Shown piece after piece: positions 25,690 through 38,140 of a stretch of DNA of 64,000 bases. The position numbers and the translations under genes are program-made. The stretch comes from Octopus bimaculoides (taxonomy: Eukaryota): contig NC_068984.1 in assembly GCF_001194135.2 (NCBI RefSeq), positions 913,946-977,945 on the forward strand. Reading direction: 5' to 3'. The notes beneath the pieces were generated by a model. It saw only the letters and a list, made by a program, of their open reading frames with translations. It made no database searches and was not told where the DNA came from. Position 1 is the first letter of the stretch. Each line of letters begins with the position of its first letter.

Positions 25690-26895
25690 CAACATGAAGG
25701 AGAAAAAATATTGGCTTAAAAGCCGAATACCAGAAACATATTTTCGGTAATAAACACGCGCGCAGTCGCAGTAGTTCGGTATGGCGCTGGAATCCTGAAG
25801 TGGACAGGGGAGGAGCTAAAGGAGACGGACCGGAAGTCAAGAAGGCTCCCAATGATGCATGAAGCCCATCATTTACATGCAAACATTGATCGCCTAGACA
25901 TGGAGAAGGAAGGGAGAAGAGGACTGATAAGTGTGGAAGACTGCGTACGTATGGAACTGGAGAGCTTAATGAGATACCTAGCCCAGGGTAAGGAAACCTT
26001 GCTAGTTAGGAATGAGGGAGTACTGAGTATTGAGTATTGAGGGGGTATTGACAGTTAGGAATGAGGGAGTATTGAGAGCAGAGACAAAACGGGAAAATAA
26101 TAGAAGTACAAATAGGACACGAAGAAGAATTACGCAAGAAGGAACTACACAATCAATTCCATGTCGCCATAGCAGTAGTTGCTGGAAAAAATAGTTGGGA
26201 TTGGCTGAAGAAAGGAACACTAAAAAAGAGACCTAAAGAAAGAGACCAAGCTCTAGTCACGAACTGGAGGGTCAACCTAAGGAAGGAGCAAGCGTCTCCG
26301 CTGTGCCGCATCTGCAATAGAGTGGAAGAAACCATTGCTCATATCACGAAAGAATTCCCTAGTCTTGCCCCAGACCACTACAGGTTGTGACGACACGACC
26401 AGGTAGCGAAAGTGCTACCCTGTAAACTATGAAAAGTGGGAAAGAGAGTCAAGACGTGGTATGGGAACAAACTGCAGACTGTGGCAGAGTTGTAGACGAC
26501 CAAAATCCACTGGGATTTCCCAATCCAAACAGATCAGGTGCTGCAGTATACCAGACCAGACCTAGTGGTGGTGGTGGTGGACAGGATGCACCCTATATGC
26601 TATTTGGTTGATGTTGCATGCCCCTTTGACCCACGAATAGTCAAGAAGGAAGACGAAAACATAGATAGAAACCTCTTGAGTACGAAATAGCCCGGCTATG
26701 GAAAATGAAGAAGGCGAAGATAGTGCCAATTATTGTTGGGTCCTTCGGAACGGTATCAGAAGGCATTAAGAGGAATATAAAGGAAATTGGAATAGAGTGC
26801 CCAGTAGAACTGTTACAAAAGGTTTACCTCCTTGGCATAGCCAGAATAATCTGAAAAGTATTAAATAACTGAAGAGAACGAATAGCCAGCTTTAG
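25690..26895 (+). mobile_element. R4/Dong-like fragment (post-RT region, CCHC-like knuckle, endonuclease)
   Basis: INTRAVAVVRYGAGILKW...IDRL; PLCRICNRVEETIAHI; RPDLVVV...LVDVACPFDPRIVKKE; VPIIVGSFGTV. Preceded by (TAA)n(CAA)n at about 25570-25675. Confidence 0.9.
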
Positions 26896-26904
26896 CATAA
26901 TACC

Positions 26905-27290
26905 AGAGTATTGGTTCATGACCATGAAGGGACTTTTTTAGAAAGCATTTTCTTCTTCATGATCTCTGACAACTATATCTGGCATATTGGCCTTAATTTC
27001 TCTATCTGTGTGTATTGGCATATCCCAGAGTATGGTTGCTTTCTCGTTTTCTGTGACCTTTTCTGGCGTGTGTTTATACCATCTTTTTTCTGTTGTTATT
27101 CCATAGTGTTGGCATAGCTTCCAGTGTATATAGGTCCCAGCTCTGTCGTATCTGTGAATATATTCCTTCTTAGCCAGGACTGGGCAGCCAGAGATAATAT
27201 GATTTATTGTTTCTTGTCCATCGCTACATATTCTGCAGTTACTTGTTATGTTTCTTTCCATTATATGTTTTTGGTAATTACTGGTGGGGA
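26905..27290 (-). mobile_element. R4/Dong-like fragment (CCHC knuckle to start of endonuclease)
   Basis: ORF 26938..27321: CRICSDGQETINHIISGCPVLAKKEYIHRYD...ILWDMPIHTDREIKANMPDIVVRD. Confidence 0.92.
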
Positions 27291-27339
27291 GACATATTAC
27301 TATTATTATCATCATCATCATTATTATTATTAATAATAA

Positions 27340-27410
<71 letters not shown>

Positions 27411-28329
27411 ATATATTAAAGATTAAGATACGGCAAAAAGAAAGCCGTTCAGCGACTTTTGTTTCATATAAATATATAGTTAAGAATCTGTAAATGTTTG
27501 TTAAGCATTGGTTTGTATGTAAATGACGTTTCTTGGAGTTCTAAGTAGTTCTGTCAGATATTGATGCGACCAGAGGTGGGGGTAGGGGCGGTAATTGAAT
27601 CTCAGACCTTTTAATATCATCGTAAAAGTATTTGGTAGAATTGGTTTGTTCAACGAGAGTTTATCACAGTTGAATAAGTCGAAAAAAAAAAAAAAGAAAG
27701 AAAGAGCCCCCCTTAATTTTCAAAGTTGTTTCTAATGCTACGACACAGCCCCGCCCTGCAACACTAGACACTGTCCGGTATTTGGTGCGACCCGTTCACA
27801 TTCCTAATGAACTCACCATTGACACAATGTCTTCGTTAAAAAGCAATGAAGGAGCTTCTACCTGTCCGATTGACATGATCAAATAGCAGCCAAGTTGCTC
27901 TCAAAACATATCTTACCACCTTAAAAAAAGTTCATTGAACCAAATCATTATAGAACAGAATGCCATCTTACCTTATCCGATATTAATTAGGCCATTAATT
28001 AGCTTTCAATCGGCTAATTATATGAAACATGGCTGCTCTTCAAGCTATTTGCTAATAATGAGCTAATGTAACACAATAGCCAATTCAACCATTTGTCCTC
28101 CTTCATACTCACCAAAAGTTATCCATTTGAACATAGTTTGTAAGGAAATAGAATGGGAGATGGAACGTTATTCTGGTATAAGAACATTTTTATTTCTGCT
28201 AGGAAAATATTTCAAACTCATATTTTAATATAAAGTATTTTTAATTTTGTTTGTGAAGACTGCCATGACTATTGCAGATACACCCAAACTAAAAGTGGTT
28301 AAGAAAACTGCTTAATAGATACAATAAAC

Positions 28330-28680
28330 GTTATATTGGAGCTGTGGAAGGAAAATTTAAATCTAGATATAACAACCGTCTTTCGAATTTTAGGTACCGT
28401 AATAAGAGACATTCAATAACCCATTCGGTTTTAATCTGGAAACTTAAAGAAGGGACCAATTTTGATATGAAATGGAGACTCTTCTCTACATCTAGACCCT
28501 ATATTAAACGGATCAAAAATTGTTCAGAGTATCCGCTTGAAAAACTGTATCTGTTAAAACACTTGAAAAACTCCAACAGAAATTCGAGGAACGAGATCTT
28601 TTCTTTATGTCCACATTTCAAAAAATACATCTTATCGGAATTTAAAAGTAGACCACCGGACACTTAGTAAACCATTAACA
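28330..28680 (+). mobile_element. Penelope-like GIY-YIG endonuclease, C-terminal half (degenerate)
   Basis: ORF 28344..28667: EGKFKSRYNN..SNFR...IWKLKE...KW...C....EKLYLL...RNEIFSLCPH..KYILSEF. Confidence 0.7.
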
Positions 28681-28967
28681 TCTGGTTTACATCTGATTTA
28701 TATCGAATTATTATTACGTTGGTTACCTCCCTCGCGTTTTTCCTTTTTGCCTTCTTCTTTACAATCGCTTTTTGTTAAAAGTTAACTGTTCAAAAGACAA
28801 CGGACAAACGGTCTTACTTTCAGCTTGATAAATGGCGGAATAAATTATTATTTCGATTAGAAAACCGTGGGTAGCTGTAATTGCAAGATTTCTGGTTCTT
28901 AATTTAAGATAATCTTTACTCTGTGAGCTGATCGAGTGCTTTTCCAATTATTGAAGCATTACCACAT

Positions 28968-29009
<42 letters not shown>

Positions 29010-29573
29010 NNNNNNNNNNNNNNNNNNNNNNNNNNNNNNNNNNNNNNNNNNNNNNNNNNNNNNNNNNNNNNNNNNNNNNNNNNNNNNNNNNNNNNNNNNN
29101 NNNNNNNNNNNNNNNNNNNNNNNNNNNNNNNNNNNNNNNNNNNNNNNNNNNNNNNNNNNNNNNNNNNNNNNNNNNNNNNNNNNNNNNNNNNNNNNNNNNN
29201 NNNNNNNNNNNNNNNNNNNNNNNNNNNNNNNNNNNNNNNNNNNNNNNNNNNNNNNNNNNNNNNNNNNNNNNNNNNNNNNNNNNNNNNNNNNNNNNNNNNN
29301 NNNNNNNNNNNNNNNNNNNNNNNNNNNNNNNNNNNNNNNNNNNNNNNNNNNNNNNNNNNNNNNNNNNNNNNNNNNNNNNNNNNNNNNNNNNNNNNNNNNN
29401 NNNNNNNNNNNNNNNNNNNNNNNNNNNNNNNNNNNNNNNNNNNNNNNNNNNNNNNNNNNNNNNNNNNNNNNNNNNNNNNNNNNNNNNNNNNNNNNNNNNN
29501 NNNNNNNNNNNNNNNNNNNNNNNNNNNNNNNNNNNNNNNNNNNNNNNNNNNNNNNNNNNNNNNNNNNNNNNNN

Positions 29574-30145
29574 TAGTGAAGGGGAGGTACGACGACGATC
29601 TCGGGGCGAACATGGGCGTCGACAAGGAATACCTGACCTGCCTGTTCGAGACGACTTTCGGGCCAGGACCTATAGACAACTTCCAGAGATGCCTGGCCTG
29701 GCAGCGCTATCGAGAAGCGCTGCCCGTTCGGGATAAGCTATAAAAGCATGGCTCGAGAAACACAGGGCCGACCTGCCTGAGATGCGGTCAGTGTCCAACC
29801 ATTTCCGACCTGTGGGCCTATGTCGAACGACTGCTATCGCGTGTGGGACGAGTCGGTTTATCAACCGAGTCTATCGTGAATATTGTCGCGCCCCCTTCCT
29901 TGAAATGGGAAAGAAGTGCCATTTTCATCGTATTTGTTGCTATGGCGAAAGAATGTGTATGGTGGACACGTCTGAAAAGTCTAGAGACAAATACTTTCCT
30001 CTCTGGTCAATCTCTCATCAACTTCTTCAAGTATCACTTGAAGAGGAAGGTGAGAGTAGAAAGGGAAGTTTTGTCTAGTGAATGTTTCAAAAAAAGATGA
30101 GTGAATGTAGCAAGGATGGCACGTATAAATGACTGAGCCAGCTTG
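29574..30145 (+). mobile_element. L1/Tx1-like LINE ORF2 C-terminus (zinc-knuckle region)
   Basis: AWQRYREALPVRDKL..GPTCLRCG..LWAYVERLL..MAKECVWWTRLK; GC-richer than the flanks. Confidence 0.7.
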
Positions 30146-30489
30146 AACATAATCCTATGAACCAAAAAAAGAAAGGAAAAAGAGAGTCACTTCCTGTAAT
30201 GTGTTTTCTTTTTGCGTGACATTATTGCCCAAGGTTACATTGGTCTTTTCCGTAGGCTTTTCTTTCCACGGATAAAACTAAGCTGTTTACCCTTTTTACA
30301 TTGACATTTCTGTGATACACGATCCCTATTGATCGGATTTTATTTTCCCCGCGATCCCTTTTGATCGAAATACGACCCACTGTTTTTTTTCTCTTCTTCC
30401 CAAAAAGAAAAGCTCTACTTTGTATTTTGTCCCCTCTTTATTCAGCCCTGCGTGGCCAATAAAGAAACATATATGTATGTATATATACC

Positions 30490-30680
30490 CAGGTCGGTGT
30501 TTGTCTCCCACAACCGCTTGACAACCGATCTTGGTTTGTTTACGTCCCCGTAAGCACAAAAGAGACCGATAGAATGAGTATCAGGCTTTAGAAAAACAGG
30601 CGCTGTTGTCGATTTATTCGACTACATTTTTGAGGGCTGTACTCCAGCATGGCCTCACTCCAATGACTGAAGGACGGAAA
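30490..30680 (+). mobile_element. SINE family 2 tail
   Basis: Matches 5175-5366 and 16940-17130. Confidence 0.8.
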
Positions 30681-30994
30681 AGGGAAAAGATACAAGGATT
30701 ATATATGCGTAAGTATACATGTCTTTTGGCGCGTACGCGTGCATATATGTGTGTGTGTGTGTATAATTAAAAGCCTATAAATATACCGAAATAGAAATAC
30801 AGACATTATTGGTGTAAGATAAACCTTTTATTCTGATGTCATCTGAAAATGTTCAAACTACATTACTGCTATGTGTATGTGTGCGCATGTATATGTATAT
30901 ATGTATGTGTCCATATAACTAGATAGATAGCTACATACATACATACATATATACACACATACATACATACATACATACATAAATACATACAAAC

Positions 30995-31038
<44 letters not shown>

Positions 31039-31918
31039 NNNNNNNNNNNNNNNNNNNNNNNNNNNNNNNNNNNNNNNNNNNNNNNNNNNNNNNNNNNNNN
31101 NNNNNNNNNNNNNNNNNNNNNNNNNNNNNNNNNNNNNNNNNNNNNNNNNNNNNNNNNNNNNNNNNNNNNNNNNNNNNNNNNNNNNNNNNNNNNNNNNNNN
31201 NNNNNNNNNNNNNNNNNNNNNNNNNNNNNNNNNNNNNNNNNNNNNNNNNNNNNNNNNNNNNNNNTTGAAGTCTATATATATATATAGCTATGTGTGTGTA
31301 TATGTGCATGCGCTTGTGTGAAAGTGTGTGTGAGTAATGTCATTCACACACACACAAACGTATTAGATTGTGCGTGCATGAAAACAGGTGGGGGGAGGGA
31401 GATAGACACAGACATGGACGCAGACCGATTTTGTGACAGAGAATGAGACCAAGAGAGAGAGAGGGGGGAGTGTGAGAAAGAGAGAAATAGAAAGAGAGCA
31501 AGGAAGAAAGAAACAAACAAAGAAAAAAGAAAGAACGAAAGAAAGAAATAGAAAAAGGAAAGGAGAGATTGAAATGAAGAGAGAGAAAAAAATGAGAGAG
31601 CAAGAGAAAAAGATAAGGAGGAGGAGAAAGAGGGAAGGAGAGGGAGGGAGGGAGAGAGAGAGAGAGAGAAATGCAGAAAGAAAGAATAAAAGAAACTGAA
31701 TGCAGAAGGCGACAATTTTCGAAACATTCGCCATATAATTTCGTTGTCATAGCAACTAATTCAAATTACAATGAGGCAGTTTTAGTGCCGGGGAAAGCCA
31801 CCTACCTGGGTGATGGCGCTGCTGTTGTCATTAGCTTAACAGCAACAACAACAACTCCACCGGTTAATAGAATATTGTTGTCTTACTTATGTGTGTTCTC
31901 TGTTGTATTTGCTCCCCC

Positions 31919-31955
<37 letters not shown>

Positions 31956-32303
31956 GAGGACACTGTCTCATTTACACATCTCTGTCGTCATAATGAACAG
32001 ACAACAACAGTTATCTTCCCCTAGTAACTAGCTAAACCCTTTTTGCGACTCTCCGACGACACTGCTACTACTGCTACTACTACTACTACTACAGCTGCTG
32101 CTGCTGCTACCACGGTTAGCACTACTACTGCTGCTGCTGCTACTCTCGCGGTTACTCTCCTCCCTCACAACCTTTCCACGTCGTTCCGTTTAGTTGTAAC
32201 CAACACCTTCTCTCAATGTCATTGTCAAGTGATTCCGGCAGAAAGAGTACCCACTACTGCCACCACCACCGCCGCTACCTACAGCATCACCTTTTTCCTT
32301 GTT

Positions 32304-32354
<51 letters not shown>

Positions 32355-32476
32355 GTCATCATCGTCATTATCATCATCATCATTAGAATTTCTTTTGTAT
32401 CCTGATATGAATCAGCAAAGTCTGGAGGTGGATAAAGTGTGTGGAAATTGTTCAAGTAACCAATAGAATTATTTCG

Positions 32477-32750
32477 TAAATGACAAACAGATGTATTGTT
32501 GAAATGACCAATAGATACTTTGTCCAATTGGCCAACAGTTGTACAACTATCTGACAAGATTTTGTCTAAACGACAAACAGACATATTTGTCTAAATGACA
32601 AATATATCTGTCATCTACACATCTGTTTGTCATTTACACAATACAGCTGTTTTCCATGTAGACAATAGCATATTTATTGTGTAAATGACAAATGTATTGT
32701 CTAGACGACAAACAAATGTATTGTGTATGTGACAAACAGATACGTTGCTC
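32477..32750. repeat. Degenerate array of about 20-25-bp units (core TAAATGACAAACAGAT), mixed orientation
   Basis: About 10 recognisable units. 32621-32636 is the exact reverse complement of 32477-32492. Confidence 0.75.
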
Positions 32751-33968
32751 TGTATGAGACAGTAGTACAGACGGAGACCGAACGGTTTCCCATTTTCTAC
32801 GTAATATCATACCTGACATTGTAAATATCATGCGCATGCAACCATTACTTTTCTTTTCTCCTTAAGAGGACGAGACGTTCAGGAATATGTGTGCCACATC
32901 GAAGTGATCAGGACTCCATAACAAATTCGCCCGAGGCCTGTTTGCATGTAGTGTATCTAAGGAAACCCAGTTTGGTCGCTCAACTTCTTGTGATAATTGC
33001 ATTTCAGCACTGTAAATTAGGAAACTATCTTTGCCATTTAGCCAAACACTCCAGCTTTGTTTGTTTGTTTGCTTTTGCATTGCTTGAATGAGCCACATTG
33101 ATATTTATGAGAAGTGACTTGGTTCTTTAAGAGTTAATTGCTTGGCATTGAGTCAGCCAGTTACCATTCTCAGATTCTCATTAAATATCATGAAATCGTC
33201 TTATTCTCAGACACTAATCCTTGTCAAATCGTTGTCTATTGAACGATGTTTGAAACACACTCCAATAATTAATTCTCTTATGATACGTCATTAAACATTC
33301 ACAAATATGTTTAGTCGTTTTCGAAGATTGAATCTTACAGGACGGTATCTAACACCTCTAGCTACGATAAGGTGCCTTATTATACAGTAAAACTTGTTCC
33401 TCGCTTATGTATGTCAGTTCTTAACAAATTTCAGAATTATTTCGCAGTTTTCAGTCTCGGGGCAGATCTTTTGCTCTTGAAGAGGTTTCCTAACACATTT
33501 AGCAAAATAATTCCAGCATTTCTTCAGAATCACTTGACAAACATATATTCTTCTTAAGCAACATCTAAACACATCATTGGTTTTGAATTCAATCCCAGAA
33601 CTACCGGTCCACTTTCTGGATTCAAGATAACCACTTCCGTGTTACTGGCCAGATTATCGTAATTATTCTATGGTCAAATGACCCATTTCTATGAAGATAT
33701 GAAATTGTGTAAGGAAATCTACTAATGAAGTAAGTATTGCTACAGTCAATTATCGAGTAATAATCAATATATTGAACTTAACTACTTTCCAATAAAGGAA
33801 AACTTCAAGCAAAAGTCTTGTCTTGTAAAGAACCCCAGAAATGCAGATTTCGACACTAACTTTTAGACGAAATAATATTCTTTATTAGCTTGTTAAGAAA
33901 ATCTCTATGAGAGACGAAAGCAGTAACTATACAGAGAAGTAATGTTTATAGCCATCTAAACATGTGCA

Positions 33969-34026
33969 GCTGGAGGAGGCGTCCTGCTGGAGGAGGCGTC
34001 CTGCTGGAGGAAGCATCCTGCTGAGG
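33969..34026 (+). repeat. 17-bp tandem repeat gctggaggaggcgtcct, 3.4 copies
   Basis: Direct read. Confidence 0.9.
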
Positions 34027-34784
34027 TTAAGAAAGCAATACCGTCCGGGTTTAGATGGCGATAAACATTACTCCTCAATATTCTTTATACTTGGGATAAA
34101 ATTTCATTTCTTTGGCGGTTATTTTCCAAGACTCCTTTAGTTCAATGCGATGATAGTTTCGTCTCTAGCAGAAAGGGTTTCTTCCCATTTTTATGTGTAG
34201 TATTTTTTCGTTAAGAAACAATTGTCAAATTCTAAAACCTTTTAAAGTTGTTACTGTTGTTTAGTGTGATCGAACCGACCTATGATCAACGATACTCCAG
34301 ATCGACTAGCTAGTGGTGGCCACGATCATTCAACCTTCTTCAAAACTTTTTTAGGGTGGTCTTTCCAAGAACAGATTATTACTGGGCGACTAAAAAGTAT
34401 TGGTTCCTTTGTCTGACCTTGAAAACATATTTTATTCAAGAGTGATCGTCTCTGTAATCGCTCGACCAGCTATATATAGCAGCCAAGTCCTTTTTTATAT
34501 CACGCCCTGTCTCAGAAAAGGAAGTGACGAATTCAGTAACGTGGCTTTAGATGCAGTACAACTGAATAAAAGGCAAAATGGTTATGGCTTTGATTAGCCT
34601 AAATAATTACAACCATTAAATTGTTATGAAATTATACAAGATATGTGACAAAGTTAAAATAAGAGCCATTTTTTAAAATGAATGGTAACATTCAGTGAAT
34701 TATGCAGAGAACAAACTATTATAATAGATATCTAAGTTTTTTAAACATTATTATTATTATCATTATTATTATTATTATTGATTT

Positions 34785-35328
34785 GATTCAGGTTCGTTCT
34801 CATTCCTAGTAAGATTTATGTGGCTAGCGGCTAACTACCTGTAATCTTAAGTATCCACAAGCGCTCAATAATGTTTCAAGCACTTAAAACCCTCCAAATA
34901 ATCTTTCCTGTCCTTAGGAGGCAAACTTTCTGTAGAAGCTCTACAGGACATTCTATTCCAATGTGGCTCAACCATTTCTCTATATTTTTGCTTACAGTTC
35001 CAAAATGCACCAATTATGACAGGCACAACCTTTACAGTTTTCAGACTCCAAATTCTTGCAATTTCAAATTTTAAGTGATTGTATTTTCTTCTTTTTTTCG
35101 TCTTTCATCGTCTTTCTTTATGATCTTCGAATCAAATGGATTCGATGGAACAACTGGTAAGCAGCTTTGCTTTTTCTTCTCTATTATTATGTGTCGTTTA
35201 TTATTTTCTCTCGCTTCTTATCCGTTTGAAAAGGAGAGTTCCCTTAAATTTTGCATTTCTCCAACTTCAGCACTCTTTGAAACCAATGATCACACCGTGG
35301 CACTCTTTTGACCCGATCATGATAATAC

Positions 35329-35330
<2 letters not shown>
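34785..35330 (-). mobile_element. R4/Dong-like 3' end with (TTA)n tracts on both sides
   Basis: KYNHLKFEIARIWSLKTVKVVPVIIGAFGTV...PVELLQKVCLL. Tracts at about 34748-34779 and 35330-35407. Confidence 0.88.
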
Positions 35331-35407
<77 letters not shown>

Positions 35408-35479
35408 GAGTGAGAGAGCAATACATGCCATCAAAATGACACTGTGGTGCAAATATACGAAGCTCAGTATATATTTGCT

Positions 35480-37010
35480 GCAGACCATCTTTTATACCAA
35501 GACAAAATATGATAACAAGCGTTAGAAGCTGTGCATTGTTAATTCCAGTTGTAAAAGTCCACGACCACCACCCTCTTTTCTTGGCAGGTAAAGTCGTTCT
35601 ATATCTACCTTACGGTGGTGCATTCTATGCATTGTCAACAATTTTCGTATTTTAGTAATTGAAACTGAGTCACGACCGGCATAGTTAAAGTTTTGATCGC
35701 TTCGATCCTGTTTCTTGCATTCAGCGCTGTCTTGAGAATTGCCCTTACCCTGCGATAACATTCTCTTCTGATATTTTCCCTCATCATTGAATGTTTGATT
35801 CCCTCACCTTCAAATACCCCCAGGTATTTGTGACTCTCCGCTGGTTCTAACTCCTTTATGACATTCTGCTGGTCAAGATTAACATTAGATGTTTCTGTCA
35901 TATTTCCTTTGATAAAGGTAGCTTTTGCCCATTTATCGAGGCCAAACGGCATCCTGATGTCATCACTGAATTGTTTAACAATCGCTAGTACACCCTCTAG
36001 TTGTTGGTCCTTTTTTACAAAGAGCTTAAATCATCCATGTAAATGAGAGGATTTATATTTTAATGAAACATTTTATAGCCGTATTGTACATCATTGTGCA
36101 ATTTTGAGAGAGGTATTAAGGTTAGACAAAAGAAGAGCGGTGATAGAGAGTCACCCTGGAAAACGCCACATGAATTTCTTACATCTCCAGCATTAAGAGA
36201 TTCATTGTCACTGTTCAAAGTCAGTGTGGTTCTCCATGATCTCATACTTACAGACGAGAAGTTTCGCAGTGTAGGTGCTATGTTATACATTTCCAGATAT
36301 TTCTTAATCCAGTTTTGTGGTAGACTATCAAAAGATTTTTATAGTCTATCGAGGCTATCGACAAATTCTTATGTCGTTTGTAACAATCTTCCAAGATCAT
36401 CTTATTGATGAGTAGCTGATCTTTACAACCATAGGACCCACGTTTACATCCTTTTTGCTCATTAAAAAGCTGTAGGTGTATTCAGTCAAGACAGATATTA
36501 GTATTCTCTACATCGTTGTTAAGCAGGTTATGGGTCTATAATTTTCTGTGAACCAACGATTTTTTCTTATTGCTCTAGCTTGATCACATAATCTTTGTTC
36601 TGTGAATTGAAACAATCCTCTTTCTCTCCATTGATCATACATACATTGTCGGTATCCCCTAAGATGAGCACCATTTTCGTCATCAGGGTTGCTCAAGTAG
36701 TAACACTCCATGACCACAGCATTGACTTATTTCTTCCATCTACGCCGTGTGTGCCCATCCCGTTCAAAAGGTCGCTGAATAAGGGTTTCTTAAGGTTGTT
36801 GAATGAAACACCCATGTTTCCAGATGTGAGTTATTCAAACCCCCAAAGAATTCCTCTCAACACATGACTATGATGCTCCGCCACTAGTCTGCTCGTGCTC
36901 AGAGGTGCACATATCATCAGCTACCAAGGGACTTGCTCAACTGGTTAATGTCAAACAACTGACAAGCAAATCTGTTGAATTGAGCAGAATATTTGCTGTA
37001 GCCCATCTTT
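35480..37010 (-). mobile_element. R4/Dong-like element with N-terminal region and RT domain, internally deleted pseudogene
   Basis: YYLSNP...[15 protein letters not shown] fused to [10 protein letters not shown]; KGCKRGSYGCKDQLLINK; IDYKKSFDS; GVFQGDSLSPLFF; IYMDD; FGLDK; HKYLGVFE; DIERLYLPRKEGGGRGL. Confidence 0.92.
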
Positions 37011-37051
37011 TACACTAAGACAAAACAACGTACATGATAACACTTCCAATT

Positions 37052-37059
37052 AGTTATTA

Positions 37060-37102
<43 letters not shown>

Positions 37103-37121
37103 TATTATTATTATTATTATG

Positions 37122-37213
<92 letters not shown>

Positions 37214-37240
37214 CATTGTTGTTGTTGTTATTATTATGAT
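37052..37240. repeat. Long (TTA)n tract separating two R4/Dong-like copies
   Basis: Direct read. Confidence 0.95.
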
Positions 37241-37249
37241 TATCTCTTT

Positions 37250-38140
37250 GTCACAGGTTTTGTTCGAGCTCCTGCAGTCTTGCATGCGTAACGGGCTTAC
37301 TACTTGCAGTCTCCGCTACGATGCTATCCGTTCTTTTCTGCTATCTAATACTTTCCTGATTATTCTGGCCGTGCCAAGGAGACAAACCTTTTCTAGCAGT
37401 TCTACTGGGCACTCTACTCCAATTTGTTTTATATTTCTCTTGATGCTTTCTGTTACCGTTCCCAAGGACCCAACAATAGCTGGCACTATCTTCACTTTTT
37501 CTCATTTTTCATAGCCGGGTTATTTCATACTGAAGAGGGTTGTATCTATCTATTTTTTTGCCTTCCTTCTTGATTATTCGTGGGTCAAACGGATATGCAA
37601 CATCAACTGTATAGCATATATGGTGCACCCTGTCCACTACCACTAGGTCCGGTTTATTATTCTCTAGCACCTGATCTGTTTGAAATGGGAAATATCAGAG
37701 GATTTTGCTAGTCTCCAACTCTGCCACTTCCTGCGGTTTGTGCTCATAACACGTCCTGCTTCTCTCTAGCCCTCACTTTTTGTAGTTTCCAATGAAGCAC
37801 TTTCGCTACCTAATCGTATCACCACATCTTGTAGTGAATTTGGGCAAGTCTAGCGCATTCGTTCGTGATATGGGCAATGGTTTCATCCATTACAGATGCG
37901 GCACAGCGGAGATTTTGCTCATTCTTAAGGCTCACCCTCCAATTCGTGGCCAAAGCTTGGTCTTGCACTACTAGTATAGTGCTCTCAGTCTCTTTTATTA
38001 GGGCTCCTTTCTTCGGCCAATCCCAACTATTTTTTCGAGCCACTTCGGTTGTGGCTACATGGAATTGATTGTTTTCGCCCTTCTTGCGTAATTCTTCTTC
38101 ATGTCTTTTTCTACTTCGTTTGTTTTCCCTTTTTCACTGG
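37250..38140 (-). mobile_element. R4/Dong-like 3' portion, same subfamily as 25690-26895
   Basis: NSWDWPKKG.L.KETESTI...QDQALATNW; ETIAHITNECARLAQ; KPDLVVVDRVHHIC..VDVAYPFDPRI; complete 3' UTR running into (TAA)n. Confidence 0.9.
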
